A stretch of 60,380 nucleotides of DNA, the filler included, from Nemertoderma westbladi (Eukaryota; Animalia; Xenacoelomorpha): assembly GCA_032718475.1 (NCBI GenBank). It is 3 parts of 3 records of this genome, joined end to end, with 100 filler letters (N's around TTAATTAATTAA, not from the genome) between each part and the next. Parts side by side here need not be neighbours in the genome. Positions count along the whole stretch, not along the records: positions 1 to 27,222 come from JAUCBJ010004626.1; positions 27,323 to 47,582 come from JAUCBJ010004349.1; 1 more part is not named here. One strand, 5' to 3'. This document shows, in pieces, positions 24,395 to 36,397 of this stretch. Position numbers and translations under genes: made by a program. Each line of letters opens with the position of its first letter. Positions within the stretch are counted from its first letter, which is position 1. The notes beneath the pieces are model-generated. The model saw only the letters and a list, made by a program, of their open reading frames with translations. It did not search any database and had not been told where the DNA came from.

Positions 24395-26040
24395 CACTAC
24401 TAGGATCGGCATGCTGCATTGCAGCTGCATTTTTAAGAATGCTGTGCCGGCTTATCGACAAAATTGCACCGCCACAATACCCTATCACCCATGACATTTG
24501 CTAGATCATCCGCATCTTCAAGGCCAGTGTCCTTTAAGATGCGTCTCAAGAAAGTCATGGGCTGTCCACCATGCTTATTCACTCCATGAGGCTGCCAAAG
24601 TACAAGATTATGCACTGGCTGGTCCTCACGGCGAAAGCAATGTCCTGCAAAGCGGAGGCGATTTTGTTCTAGTGTCAAGCTTGGGGGAACTAATGAGACA
24701 CCTCCAATGTTATATAGTGTCTGGTTGGAGATGTGTGCATTGTACTTGACACAATGAACCCGACGTAGCATTCTTGTGAATGTGCCATCCAGAGATTTGG
24801 TGTCCTCAGCAGTTAGAGCCCAGCATGGACTCCCATAGAGGAGTACTGGAACTACTGCTGCTCTAAATAATCGGACCTTAAGTTTCCGATTAATTCTCGG
24901 TGACTTCCAAATCCTGGAAAGCCTATTCAAGGCTGCCCATGCCTTTCCCTTACGTATTCGAAGGTCCTCACCTGACTTCCGGATCCATGATCCCAGGTAA
25001 CAGAAGTTATCCACATGCTCAAGCATACCATCTTTTGAGCTTATGCTCATCCGATCAGAGACTTGCTGAGGACTTTCAAAGTTAACAGTAAAATTTTGGT
25101 CTATCTGGAGTTAAAAAACAGACCAACACTAGAAGCAGCTTGTTCTAATAAGCTGAGGAGCCGTTGGGCTCCCTCTAGTGATTCTGAGAGTACTCCTAAG
25201 TCATCAGCAAAGTCTAGATCAGTTAGGTACTTGGCAGGATTTCCTCAACTTCTGGAGCCAGTAGGTGGAGTTATCATCACCCCATCATCGTTATGATGAT
25301 CTAAGGACTTGCGTAGAACATAGTCAACAACAATTATGAACAAGAATGGTGCAAGTGTGTCTCCCTGGAGGACGCCCCATATCACTTCAATCGGTTCTGT
25401 GTCACCGTCAACAGTAGACACAAATGTTGTCAAACCATCGTATACTGATCTGATTGCTGCAATAATTTCATCAGGAATCTCATATAATGAAAGTATGCTG
25501 AACATACGTGAGCGAGAGACTGAATCAAAGGCCTTGAAGAAGTCAACAAAGATAACAGCCAGATGCCTGTCTTTCTTTTTTGATAACTCTTCAATTATCC
25601 TTCTAAGTGCCAAAATGGGCTCCATGGTCCCACGACCTTTACGGAACCCATTCTGATTTCCACGGAGCAGTCTCTCAATGGGATCCCTGATGCGATTTAA
25701 TCGAATTCTATTGTATACCTTTGCACCAATCGAGATCAATGAGATTCCCCGAAAAGAACCATAGAGTGTTAGGTTGCCCTTCTTGGGAACTGGCACCAAC
25801 TTATTTGTTTTCATTTCTTGTGGGACTCTTGTTGTTCGGTACATGTCTACTATGATGGGATAGATGAGGTTTTAACACTCAGGTATTTTAAAGACCTCAG
25901 GGGGAACACCATCTACTCCACTGGCACGATTGGTCTTAATGCTCTTTGCAGCAGCCTTCACTTCTGCAAAGGAGATATCACCAATGGGAATATACAGTTT
26001 TCTCCAACGTCCAGGTGAGAAACATCCGTCCTCTGCAGAG
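24395..26040 (-). mobile_element. RTE-clade-like LINE, 5'-truncated and disabled (copy 1)
   Basis: RT motifs QNGFRKGR, FVDFFKAFDSV, GVLQGDTLAPFLF, DLDFADD, YLGS and LLYGS. In-frame TGA, TAG and a frameshift. 3' end GCATGCCGATCC(TAG)n. Confidence 0.9.
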
Positions 26041-26570
26041 CAAGTTAAAACAGACCCCTAACCAACAAACTGTATCACCCTCTCGGTGGCCGGTTTTCGG
26101 TTATCCGTTTACTCTACGATCTGGCCGGCTATCGTGACACTAGAAGTCCTTGCACAATTCACAATTCACTTCACATGCAGTGCAATACAATAGGCCCTAA
26201 CTAACTGTAAGGTTGTTTGTACGTATATCCACACAGTCATGTACGTACAGGTACAATTTACAATGTACATTGTAATTATTGTAAAGTATTTAGGAGGGAG
26301 TTGACCATCGCATGCTCACATAAAGATTATTATATATGGAAATATACCCATCTTATATTGGTGGGCCTTTCCAGCTGTTTAACAGAAAGGGGTGTTTCCC
26401 AATAAGTATTTGTATTTCCTATATATTTTTTTGTGCCTATCAGAGTGAGTAAACCATTGCCGAACCTCTGAAGACAAATATTGTTCAGAAGATGCCTTGT
26501 GGGTTAGGGTTGCCTCACTAATTTATAGTTTCGTCGAGTAGAATATCATATATATTAGTACTACGTACTA

Positions 26571-26794
26571 TCGCCCAGGTAACGCCGCTATGTCTGTGGA
26601 TCGCCCGGGTAACGCCGCTATGTCTGTGGATCGGCGGGGTAACGCCGCTATGTCTGTGGATCGCCCGGGTAACGCCGCTATGTCTGTGGATCGCCCGGGT
26701 AACGCCGCTATGTCTGTGGATCGCTCGGGTAACGCCGCTATGTCTGTGGATCGCCCGGGTAACGCCGCTATGTCTGTGGATCGCCCGGGTAACG
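26571..26794. repeat. 30-bp GC-rich minisatellite x7+
   Basis: TCGCCCGGGTAACGCCGCTATGTCTGTGGA repeated almost perfectly. Confidence 0.95.
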
Positions 26795-27222
26795 AGGAGA
26801 TGAATCTTAGTGACAGGAAGTGTAAGTAGTAAAACTATTACTAGCTAAATATCCAAAGTATCAAGTTACATTCCCTAACATAACAATTATTGCCTCTCTA
26901 CAGGCGCGAGAATGATTAAGTATGAGTAATGAGTAATGACCCCGAGTATGAGTAATGTAGGTAAGTATATAATTATTGGGGGGGGGGGGGGGGGGGGGGT
27001 ATTGTCTTTTAGTTCTAATTTTATCGAGTACGTTTTAATTTCTTTGCAGTTGCTGAAATAATAAAGCTACTAGTAAGCATTAAATCTGATGTACGTGATA
27101 TGGCAAGACGAATTACAGCCATAGAGATGAGTAGCAATTCTATTGAATTAACCAATACTTCTATTGAATTAACCAATCTTTTAGAAAAATAGCACAATAT
27201 GGCAAATTTTGGTGCTAGCACC

Positions 27223-27322
27223 NNNNNNNNNNNNNNNNNNNNNNNNNNNNNNNNNNNNNNNNNNNNTTAATTAATTAANNNNNNNNNNNNNNNNNNNNNN
27301 NNNNNNNNNNNNNNNNNNNNNN
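27223..27322. other. Assembly gap with artificial spacer
   Basis: N44-TTAATTAATTAA-N44, exactly 100 nt; the 12-mer has stops in all six frames; identical spacer at 47583. Confidence 0.98.
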
Positions 27323-27325
27323 TGA

Positions 27326-27862
27326 TTACTCAGTTAATCGCTTCGTTACATACCCTCCAATACTTTTCGCTGAGCAGTAATTCAAGCAGCTATCACCATC
27401 TTTGTGAAAACTACATTTATCTTCTACAGTAGTTAATTTATCGTGAAAAGCACACGGAGTTAAATAATTGTAATATAGTCGATATATTCCCAATTTGTTC
27501 ATCGATTTTGGAGCGTAAACATCAAGTTGGGTATTTAATATTGCGGCTTTCATCAACCCGAATACATATATATTATATTTATTTTTTAATTGTCTCTTCA
27601 TGTACTTTTAAAAGTCATCTTGCGAAATGTCGCCGTAATTCCAGGGTAAATGCGATGTAATATCGCGTAAATTGTTTACATGGGCTACATCTAATGCTGA
27701 TAAGTTAATATCAGGGGGACCTTTAATTAAAAACGTCTTTATATTAGTTTTACTGTATTTAGAATCGAATATAGCAAATTCTTTAAATACTATCGGATAT
27801 TCCTTATTGTCTATCCTATAATATTGAAAATTAACAAAAATAACATTATCCATTTTATCCAT
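27326..27862 (-). pseudogene. Polinton/Maverick-like (viral-type) DEDD-nuclease-like ORF of ~178 codons, interrupted by one in-frame TAA
   Basis: The two listed ORFs share a frame (offset 261 nt). Pattern VNFQ..IVFKEFAI..FLIKGPP..HLPW.YG..IYVFG..K..L..C..H..C resembles, from memory, small proteins of Maverick/Polinton elements. Very AT-rich and intronless. Confidence 0.5.
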
Positions 27863-28029
27863 TTTATCGAATAATAATAATAATGTTTTTAAATAAACAA
27901 AAGTTAAATGATTAATTACAACGCTTGTTGGTTTATTTTATTATAATTAACAAGCCATTTATATAATATTATTTCATTTATTTCCACATTATTTGTAAAC
28001 GCTCTCATTGGATAGTTTGTGTGAATTCG

Positions 28030-31000
28030 ATTTACCAATCATAAAACAGTAACAGTTAGGTCTATGAAAAATTACAGCAAGGAACGCTTTTTAAGGTGTT
28101 CGGACACTTCCCCCCCGGACAGTTCCCCCCCGGACAGTTCCCCCCCGCTCAAGTAGGACACTTCCCCCCCGGACACTTCCCCCCCAGACACTTCCCCTCC
28201 GCGGACACATCCCCCCCGACTGTTCTTAACTTCGCACATTCGTATTTTTCATTTTGTAAGGTAAACGGACCGCTTGTATCCAGATAAATTGTATCCAATT
28301 ATCCTTTCGTAGCTCAGAAAGTGATCTTTTGCATCCCGATTTTACATTTTATATCCAAGTTTTATTTATGGGTTTTATCAATGCAATTACATCGTATTGT
28401 TTGCTAATCTTTAAACAATTAATTATATTTGATGACCTATAAATTCCATCCCCGGAATGATATACTGTTTTTATTAACTATAGAATTATAATAATTAATT
28501 GTTTTAATCATCGGTATTATTATGTAATAGTCTTCTTCAAATTGTAGCAGATTGGGATGAATATTATTGTTGCAATCAAAATTATACCTCTCCAGGGTAA
28601 AATCGACATGCGTCGACCTGTATTCTGTGTTCAGCATTACATATTGATATACATATTACTACTATACATACTATATAGATATTATACACACTACATATTA
28701 AATTTCCTGGTTACTTGCAATATTTTGTTGAATTATATAATATTGTAGTAATTTATATATTAAATTGGTTAACATTCAATACAGCTCCTACTTTAGGCTT
28801 AGTCAATTTATTATCTGATGATACAAACATGAATTAATTATTTCAAAATGGTCTTAAGTCTTTCACCACGGGCAGTCAGGGAAATGCCGGGGTCTGGGGG
28901 CGATAACCTCCAAGAAAAGAAGCGGGGGTTTGGGGGCGGCAGCCCCCAAGAAAAGAAGCGGGGGTTTGGGGGCGGCAGCCCCCAATTAAAAGAAATTAAA
29001 AGAATTAAAGGAATTAAAAGAAAAACAAACAAAATTTGACTATAAAAATGTTTCTTTTATAATTTTGAAAAAACTTGTCTAGATACAACTTGTCCTGCAA
29101 CCATCTTTAACTTTTGTTTATTGCTTTGATGCACCCAGATTAATTTTAACACTTTAACTGGGGGGGAAGTGTCCGGGGGGCAAGTGTCCGGGGGGGAAGT
29201 GTCCGGGGGGGAAGTGTCCTACTTGGGCGGGGGGAAGTGTCCGGGGGGGAAGTGTCCGGGGGGGAAGTGTCCTAGATCCCTTTTTAAGTTTGTTAGTTAA
29301 TTCTGACTGGGAACCCTGTTTTAAGGCCGCTGACATTAACCTTGCGTACACTGTTTTAAAGATATATTTCTAAAGGCACTTAATACTGTAGCACCAATTA
29401 AAGAAATAGTCTTAAACAACGCACTGAGCCCTGGATGACCTCGGGTATTCTTAGTAAAATCAGAGAAAGAGATAACTATTTTGTATAAATTTAGGAAATA
29501 CCGTGTTTTAGCTGATTATAATAATTACTGCAAATATAGAAACCTTGTCCAACGGGAAATAAAAAAAGCTAAATCTGAATATTTGTACAACAAAATAAGT
29601 GAGAATAAAGATAATCCTAAAAGTCTATGGTCTACCCTAAAATCTTTAGGTTATAAAAACCTTAAATCTAAATCGAATATTGTTCTGCAAGATAACGGTG
29701 TGCTGATTCATGATCATACTCTAGTTAGTAATTTATTTAATAATTATTTGACTAATGTTGCCTCTAATTTAGTTAAGAAGTTACCGTTATCAAGTAATAT
29801 ATATAGTATAGGGTCCGAAACTCTAAATAATTTTTATTTAGAAAAGTTACAAAATTCAGACCTAATACCTGCCCGTTTTCTTAAGGATGGTGCTGAAGTA
29901 CTTAAAGTGCCTATTACTTTTATTATTAATTACTCTATCGTAGATAATGTAGTACCAGACGAACTGAAATTAGCTAAGGTTGTTCCTGTATATAAAAAGA
30001 ATAGTAAAGTAGAACCCTGTAATTACAGACCTGTTAGTATCTTAAGTATTGTATCTAAAATTCTAGAACGTTCTGTTTTTCTACAGCTGGAAGCACATCT
30101 TAGTAGGCTAAATCTGATCTATGAACTTCAGTCCGGTTTTCGTAAATCATATTCTACAGACACCTGCCTTATTAACTTAACTGATACAATTAGATGTAAT
30201 AACGCAAAGGGTTTATATACTGGTATGGTAATGTTGGACCTACAAAAGGCTTTCGATACTGTAGATCACGAAATTCTGCATGGTAAGTTAGGCCTGATGG
30301 GTGTAGGTTCTATAGGCTGGTTCAAGTCCTACCTGTCAGACAGAGGACACCGACATCCGCAAGTTACTTTGCTCTTCTTTAATACAGTGTCACATGGACT
30401 ATGCATGATCTTCTTGGTATGAAGACTTAACCAAACAGCTTAAATGTAAATTACAAGTAGCTCAGAATAAAGTAGTACGATTTATTAAAGACTACAAACC
30501 TAGGCACCACCTAACTCCAGATGACTTTTCTGAATCTGGACTACTTAACTTAGATAGTAGAGTTAAGCAGCTACGCCTTAACTATGTGCATAAAGTGTAT
30601 AATGGTAAATGTCCCAATTACATAAAACAAAAATTCAACAGAGTACGCGATACACACTCTTACAGTACCAGAGCTAGTGCTTCAAACTTCTACCTCCCGA
30701 ATTGTAAATCCTTTGAATCTGATACTTTCTTATTTAACGGCATTAAAAATTGGAACGCTCTGCATAATGAAATTAAAAACCTAAATAATCAACATTCTTT
30801 TAAATCTGCAGTTAAATCTCACCTCCGTGTGCAATGTAAAAATAGGTACAATAGTCCAACAGTAAGTTATTAGTTTATTAATTATTTACTATTTATACTG
30901 CAATTACGTTTTATAATAAATTGTTCTATACATTACATCTTTATCGTTGAGTCAGACATTGTCACGCTCTCGGTAAAGTTGTACATGTACATAGTGTAAT

Positions 31001-31194
31001 TACGTTTTATATTGGTTTTAGGTTAGCGCAGTGTAATATTGTATTTGTAACCAAGTAACATAAAGGACCCCCTTGGAAATAAGCTGCAAAGCTTTACGGG
31101 TAATCCTATGTTATGTTGGACAATACCTTTATACCGGTACATTGTTTGGTGTATTTGTTATTGCTTTTACATAATGTATAAATAAATCTATCTA
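28030..31194 (+). mobile_element. CR1/L2-group LINE ORF2 remnant with internal deletions, interrupted by a MITE at 28095-29279
   Basis: Removing the MITE restores VRSMKNYSKERFLSLLVNSDW. Then PWMT, NYRPVSILS..SKILE, QSGFR, LDLQKAFDTVDH, WFKSYL. The catalytic YADD region is deleted. Later H.YSTR and WNAL, with 3' end AATAAATAAATCTATCTA. Confidence 0.85.
28095..29279. mobile_element. Mutator-like non-autonomous element with tandem GGACACTTCCCCCC subterminal repeats in inverted orientation
   Basis: Left end GGTGTTCGGACACTTCCCCCC repeats; right end GGGGGGAAGTGTCC repeats ending TAGATCC. TSD CTTTTTAA(G), 8-9 bp, at 28087 and 29280. Excision restores the host LINE frame. Confidence 0.88.
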
Positions 31195-32330
31195 TCAAGG
31201 CCTTTGATTCAGTCTCTCGCTCACGTATGTTCAGCATACTTTCATTATATGGGATTCCTGATGAAATTATTGCAGCAATCAGATCAGTATACGATGGTTC
31301 GACAACATTTGTGTCTACTGTTGATGGTGACACAGAACCATTTGAAGTGTTATGGGGCGTCCTCCAGGGAGACACACTTGCACCATTCTTATTCATAATT
31401 GTGGTTGACTATGTTCTACGCATGTCCTCAGATCATCATAATGATGATGGGGGTGATGATAACTCCACCTACTGGCTCCAGAAGTTGAGGAAATCCTGCC
31501 AAGTACCTAACTGATCTAGACTAGGAGTACTCTCAGAATCACTAGAGGGAGCCCAACGGCTCCTCAGCTCATTAGAACATGCTGCTTCTAGTGTTGGTCT
31601 TTTTATTAACTCCAGAAAGACCAAAATTTTGACAGTTAACTTTGAAAGTCCTCAGCAAGTCTCTGATCGGATGAGCATAAGCTCAAAGGATGGTATGCTT
31701 GAGCATGTGGACGACTTCTCTTACCTGGGATCATGGATCCGGAAGTCAGGTGAGGACCTTCGAATACGTAAGGGAAGGCATGGGCAGCCTTGAATAGGCT
31801 TTCCAGAATTTGGAAGTCACCGAGAATTAATCGAAAACTTAAGGTCCGATTATTTAGAGCATCAGTAGTTCCAGTACTCCTCTATGTGAGTCCATGCTGG
31901 GCTCTAACTGCTGAGGACACCAAATCTCTGGATGGAACATTCACAAGAATGCTACGCCGGGTTCATTGTGTCAAGTACAATGCACACATCTCCAACCAGA
32001 CACTATATAACATTGGAGGTGTCTCATTGGTTCCCCCCAGCTTGACACTAGAACAAAATCGCCTCCGCTTTGCAGGACATTGCTTTCACCGCGAGGACCA
32101 GCCAGTGCATAATCTTGTACTTTGGCAGCCTCATGGAGTGAATAAGCATGGTGTACAGCTCATGACTTTCTTGAGACGTATCTTAAAGGACACTAGCCTT
32201 GAAGATGCGGATGATCTAGCAAATGTCATGGGTGATAGGGAGTTGTGGCGGCGCAATTTTGTCGACAAGCCGGCACAGCATTCTTAAAAATGCAGCTGCA
32301 AAGCAGCATGCCGATCCTAGTAGTAGTAGT
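31195..32330 (+). mobile_element. RTE-clade-like LINE, 5'-truncated and disabled (copy 2)
   Basis: Closely similar to copy 1 (KAFDSV to DKPAQHS*). (TAG)n tail at ~32317-32330. A 13-bp deletion removes the FADD codons. Confidence 0.92.
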
Positions 32331-32344
32331 GCAACCAGTAATCG

Positions 32345-33036
32345 AGTTCGCCGATCAAACAATTTTTTATCTGAAGCTGATCTTGTATTGTAGGAATGTA
32401 CCATATATGTATTTTTAAATAGACCGTTTAAAAAGGGAGTACTGTTACATTTCGATACATCATAGAATACATTTAAAACTTGGTATTGATAAAGAGATTC
32501 AAGAGGCAAAATATGAAGTTCCTTATAGATGGGTCCAGTGGATGCAGTGCGTGTATTGAATGTAATTTCTCGGAGTAACTTATTAATTTTTATTTTTATT
32601 GGTTTTAAAATTGTTGGACATGCACTACCCCAGATGATTAATCCATATGAAATATATGGATGGATTAATGAAAAATATAGCATTCGTAGGATATGTACTG
32701 GAAATATATGGCGTAATTTGTAAAAAATACCTATTGATTTGCTTTTTTAATACAAACTGACAGTGCTGTTTCCATGTTAGTTTACCATCAATAACAATAC
32801 CAAGATATTTCGCATGGTTTACCTGTTTTATTAAATTATTATTTATTTCTATTTTTGGTATATATTACTTGATCCATTATAGAATAAACATAATTCAGTC
32901 TTTTTTAAATTTATTGTTAATTTATTTTCAATCAGCCAATCGGAAACTTTCTTAGCTTGTGAAGTGAGTTTACTATGTTTTGTAGCAAAGGGATATTTTT
33001 GGATGTAGTTGATAATGATGTGTCATCGGCAAATCG
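32345..33036 (-). mobile_element. CR1/L2-group LINE RT 3' fragment
   Basis: FADDT (~33020-33035), KYLGIVID.KLTW..H, LYFSLIHPYISYGLIIWG, H.YNTR. Confidence 0.8.
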
Positions 33037-33220
33037 ATTCCAAAGTTGAACTGGGCAATGTGTGTCCGAAACGGCTAGCCTGGAGCATTTGCTAAGTATG
33101 ACCACTTGGGCACTCGCAACTTTTGCCATTCGAAGAGCATTATGATGAGTAAACTCTGGATAATTTAAAAAGAGCATACGAGATGTTTTTTAGTATTTGG
33201 AATAATTGACGAAGAAGTCC

Positions 33221-34490
33221 ATTATTATTATTATTATCATCATACATTATCAAAAGATAAGTACAATCAATGAAAAATTATAGTATAGAATAGGCACAAG
33301 TAATAAAGGTAAGGTAAGGAGGATAAGATATAAGGTACGATCGGTAAAGTATTAATTAACCGTAAACAGTATATAACAGGAAAGTACTAAGTAAATATGA
33401 AATTACGTATATAGATATTAATTTTATAGCACTTTAAACTTTTAACTGGTAGATATATATTTCAAAATGTCTGACAGCTTATCCGTATCAAATTAATCAA
33501 CTTCCAATTTACCAATTCGAATATCTATAAGTTCCCTACAAAAATCGAGTTTCCATTTGTTACCAGGTAATAACGGTGCGTAACTTTGAGCGTTTATTAT
33601 ACTGAGTGAAAGATTATTTAAGCACGAGATACCAGAAGAATTAGCTATGTTCCTTAAATTAGAACCTGTACGTGTTTTACAGTCTGAATAACATAACTCA
33701 GTCAAGAAAAGTAAACTAGGTTGACAGGATTTAAACAAGTTACTATTAAACTGAAAATAACGAGATAGTAACATTATCATAGGATGCCTAAATTTTAATA
33801 AATTATCAATTAAATAGCGATGTGAATTAAAGGGTAAACCAAAAATAAGCCTAACATTGATGTTCCAAGCTGTAAAAATTTTATTGCACATATCCGAAAA
33901 TAAATCCCATATACTTATACTGTAAAACGCAGTCGCATAAATGCGTTGAATTTCACATATTACACAAGGGTCCGCAAAATAAAATTCCTGACGTAAACTG
34001 TTAATTTTACCAATAAATGGTCCCCGCTTCCTAATTGTTCTGACACCAAATTACATTTGTCATCTAATAGGTTTCCCAAATGGAGAGCCTCTTTTTACCC
34101 ACGGTAAAGGCGATCCATTGAGGGATATTTTAGCTGCCGGTTCAGACCATGCTGAAGCAAACGGAACGCATTTCGATTTTGTCGGAATGGGATTAGTGCT
34201 GAATTTTAACTTATTGTCGGACGCAAATCTCTGACAGATGTCAACCATGTACTGTAAACCGGAAATAGATGGACATAAAATAAGGATGTCGTCGGCGTAT
34301 ACAAAGATTCCGTAGTACAACGACCCTATTGTGCAACCAATTCGAGATGACCTCAGGGAATGGACCAACACATTCATAACTACACAAAGCAGAACAGGAC
34401 TGGCGACAAATCCCTGTCGGACACTATTGGAGACATTGAATGAGTCAGACTCCGAACTTTCCCACTTGACTCTACATTTCTACGTATGTA
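33221..34490 (-). mobile_element. Non-LTR retrotransposon RT fragment (distinct family) with (TAA)n tail
   Basis: VRQG..SPVLF, GCTIG..YYGIFVYADDILILCPS..LQ.M..C, WN..VR.IFGLP..SHRYLI. (ATT)n tract at 33221-33240. Confidence 0.8.
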
Positions 34491-34699
34491 TATATATTCG
34501 ATTCTTTGGCGTCGCATAGACTTCCTCCTCCAGTGATGATATCGGCAGTCAACATTAATACCTGTATTGGGAAATACAGCCTGGCCTAGGCCTACCCGAA
34601 GACCTACCAGTAAAAGCCCCGATAACAGTGAAAGTGAATCCGACATGTATGTTCCTGTTTTCCGTCTTATTAATGCATGTCGTCTTTGTGTGGACGATA

Positions 34700-35445
34700 A
34701 GCATGAATGCATGGAAATCACCATGGTAAAGTTCAAAATTATTGAGTACTTGGACTGTCGTAAAAGTGCAACAGTTTAACATTTAAAAAATGCCATTCAG
34801 AGAAGGTGGCTTCCGAGAGGCCATTATGGCTTCTGTTGCTGTTGACAGTAAAGAAAGGTTTGTTTAAACAAAATATAAAGGTGATATTTCTATAGCTCTA
34901 AAATAGGATATAGGAATTTCTACAACTGACCATCTATGGAAATAGGTTCAATGTCAGGTGGTCGCCGATATGTTGACCGTAGCTTTCAATAAGGAACTTG
35001 AAAAGCCAGATCCAGAGTTTAACTTAAAACAAAGGGTTCGTGTACAACTAGGCCCGGTTTACGTTGAGATTAAGCGGGATAATGGAAAGTTTGAGCCTGT
35101 TACAGTGGAAGAGTTTTATCCGGTATTTTCATTAAGTACATACATCAGCAAGGATTGGATGATAATTCCAGATTCAGATTATAAGACTTAGAGATGGTGG
35201 AAGCTCTTGCTCATTTTTCATATGAGCACCCGAACAAAGGGATCATGTTGTTGGATATACAAGTCAGTGCGACAGAAGGAATTTTGTATGATCCTGAGAT
35301 AGCATCTACTAATCTTTACGCCCAGAACGAGCTCAACTATTGTGCAGGAAATACATTAGTTCCTTAGAAGGGATACAATCTTTTACAAAATTACACGTTT
35401 GTTTGTATTAAGTATTGCAGGATCGCTCTCGGGTCTAAAGATATT
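34700..35445 (+). pseudogene. Disabled, intronless alpha-kinase (eEF2K/MHCK/TRPM-type atypical kinase) domain
   Basis: Read across frameshifts: PFREGGFREA (~34793), VTVEEF..F.KY, EALAHFSYEH..KGIMLLDIQ, LYDPEIAS, YCAGN, GIQSF...HVC..KYC (C-terminal Zn-site pattern). Confidence 0.75.
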
Positions 35446-35956
35446 ATTTGCCCCTGATGAATAAACTCTAAATGACTATTAATACTCGACTGTACAATAC
35501 AAATAGTTTTGTTATTTTATTTTCATTTATCTGGATAGATATTAAGGCATATATTGTTTCCTTATTTCAATTTCCAATGGTCTGTTTCGTTTGTCAATTT
35601 GAATGTACAATAATTTATTATATAACAACATTTTGTCATTCTTGTTAAATTTTAATTTCATGTACAAATGTTAATAATAGAGGAAATGGAAAGCCAGTGG
35701 GAATTTTTGAGCCAGTGGGAAAATTGAGTAATCCGGGGGAAAAGTTAGAAATTCAAGGGGGGGGTGGGGGGGGTTATGTACGGTACATACTTAGCATGAG
35801 GCATCCAGATCTTGCGTTTTACTCGTTTTACTAGGCTGTACTTAGCTTATTATTATCATCTAAGAGGTGATTGAGTTGTAGGGACAACATCACAATCACT
35901 CAATCATGTCATGATTGAGTTAATCAAATCATGATTAAAAATAAAAAAATAAAAAT

Positions 35957-36055
35957 ATCAGATTTTTTTTATTTAAATCAGATTTTTTTTATTTAAATCA
36001 GATTTTTTTTATTTAAATCAGATTTTTTTTATTTAAATCAGATTTTTTTTATTTC
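35957..36055. repeat. 20-bp tandem repeat x5
   Basis: ATCAGA-T-run-ATTTAA unit repeated with period 20; possibly the subterminal region of a DNA transposon. Confidence 0.85.
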
Positions 36056-36257
36056 AATAAGATCTTTTTGTAAAATCAGATTTTATATGAAAACATTGTG
36101 AAGACTTCTAAACAAATTATACACAATTCATCTTTTGTACCTTTTATAATGGGTTTGGTTCTAAACGAGGAGTGTCTGGTTCTGAACGCTTTAGGCTACT
36201 GGTACTGATAGATGGTCTCTCTGATCTATCAGTTGTCACTGGTAATGCTATACGATC

Positions 36258-36397
36258 TCCACCTTCTTCAATCACATTCACTTTACAAATACAACTTGTA
36301 AGGAATGAGGCAGAGAATTGCAAGGCATAATCAGATAGTGACTCCATTAAAGCAACACATATGTATTTGTAAAGTAAATGTGATTGAAGAAGGTGGA
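36258..36397. repeat. 36-bp inverted repeat with 68-bp spacer
   Basis: TCCACCTTCTTCAATCACATTCACTTTACAAATACA (36258-36293) versus its reverse complement at 36362-36397, one mismatch. Confidence 0.9.

Noticed and set aside
27267-27278. TTAATTAATTAA palindrome inside N runs (also 47627-47638)
   Set aside because: Artificial scaffolding linker; adjacency across these gaps is unverified.
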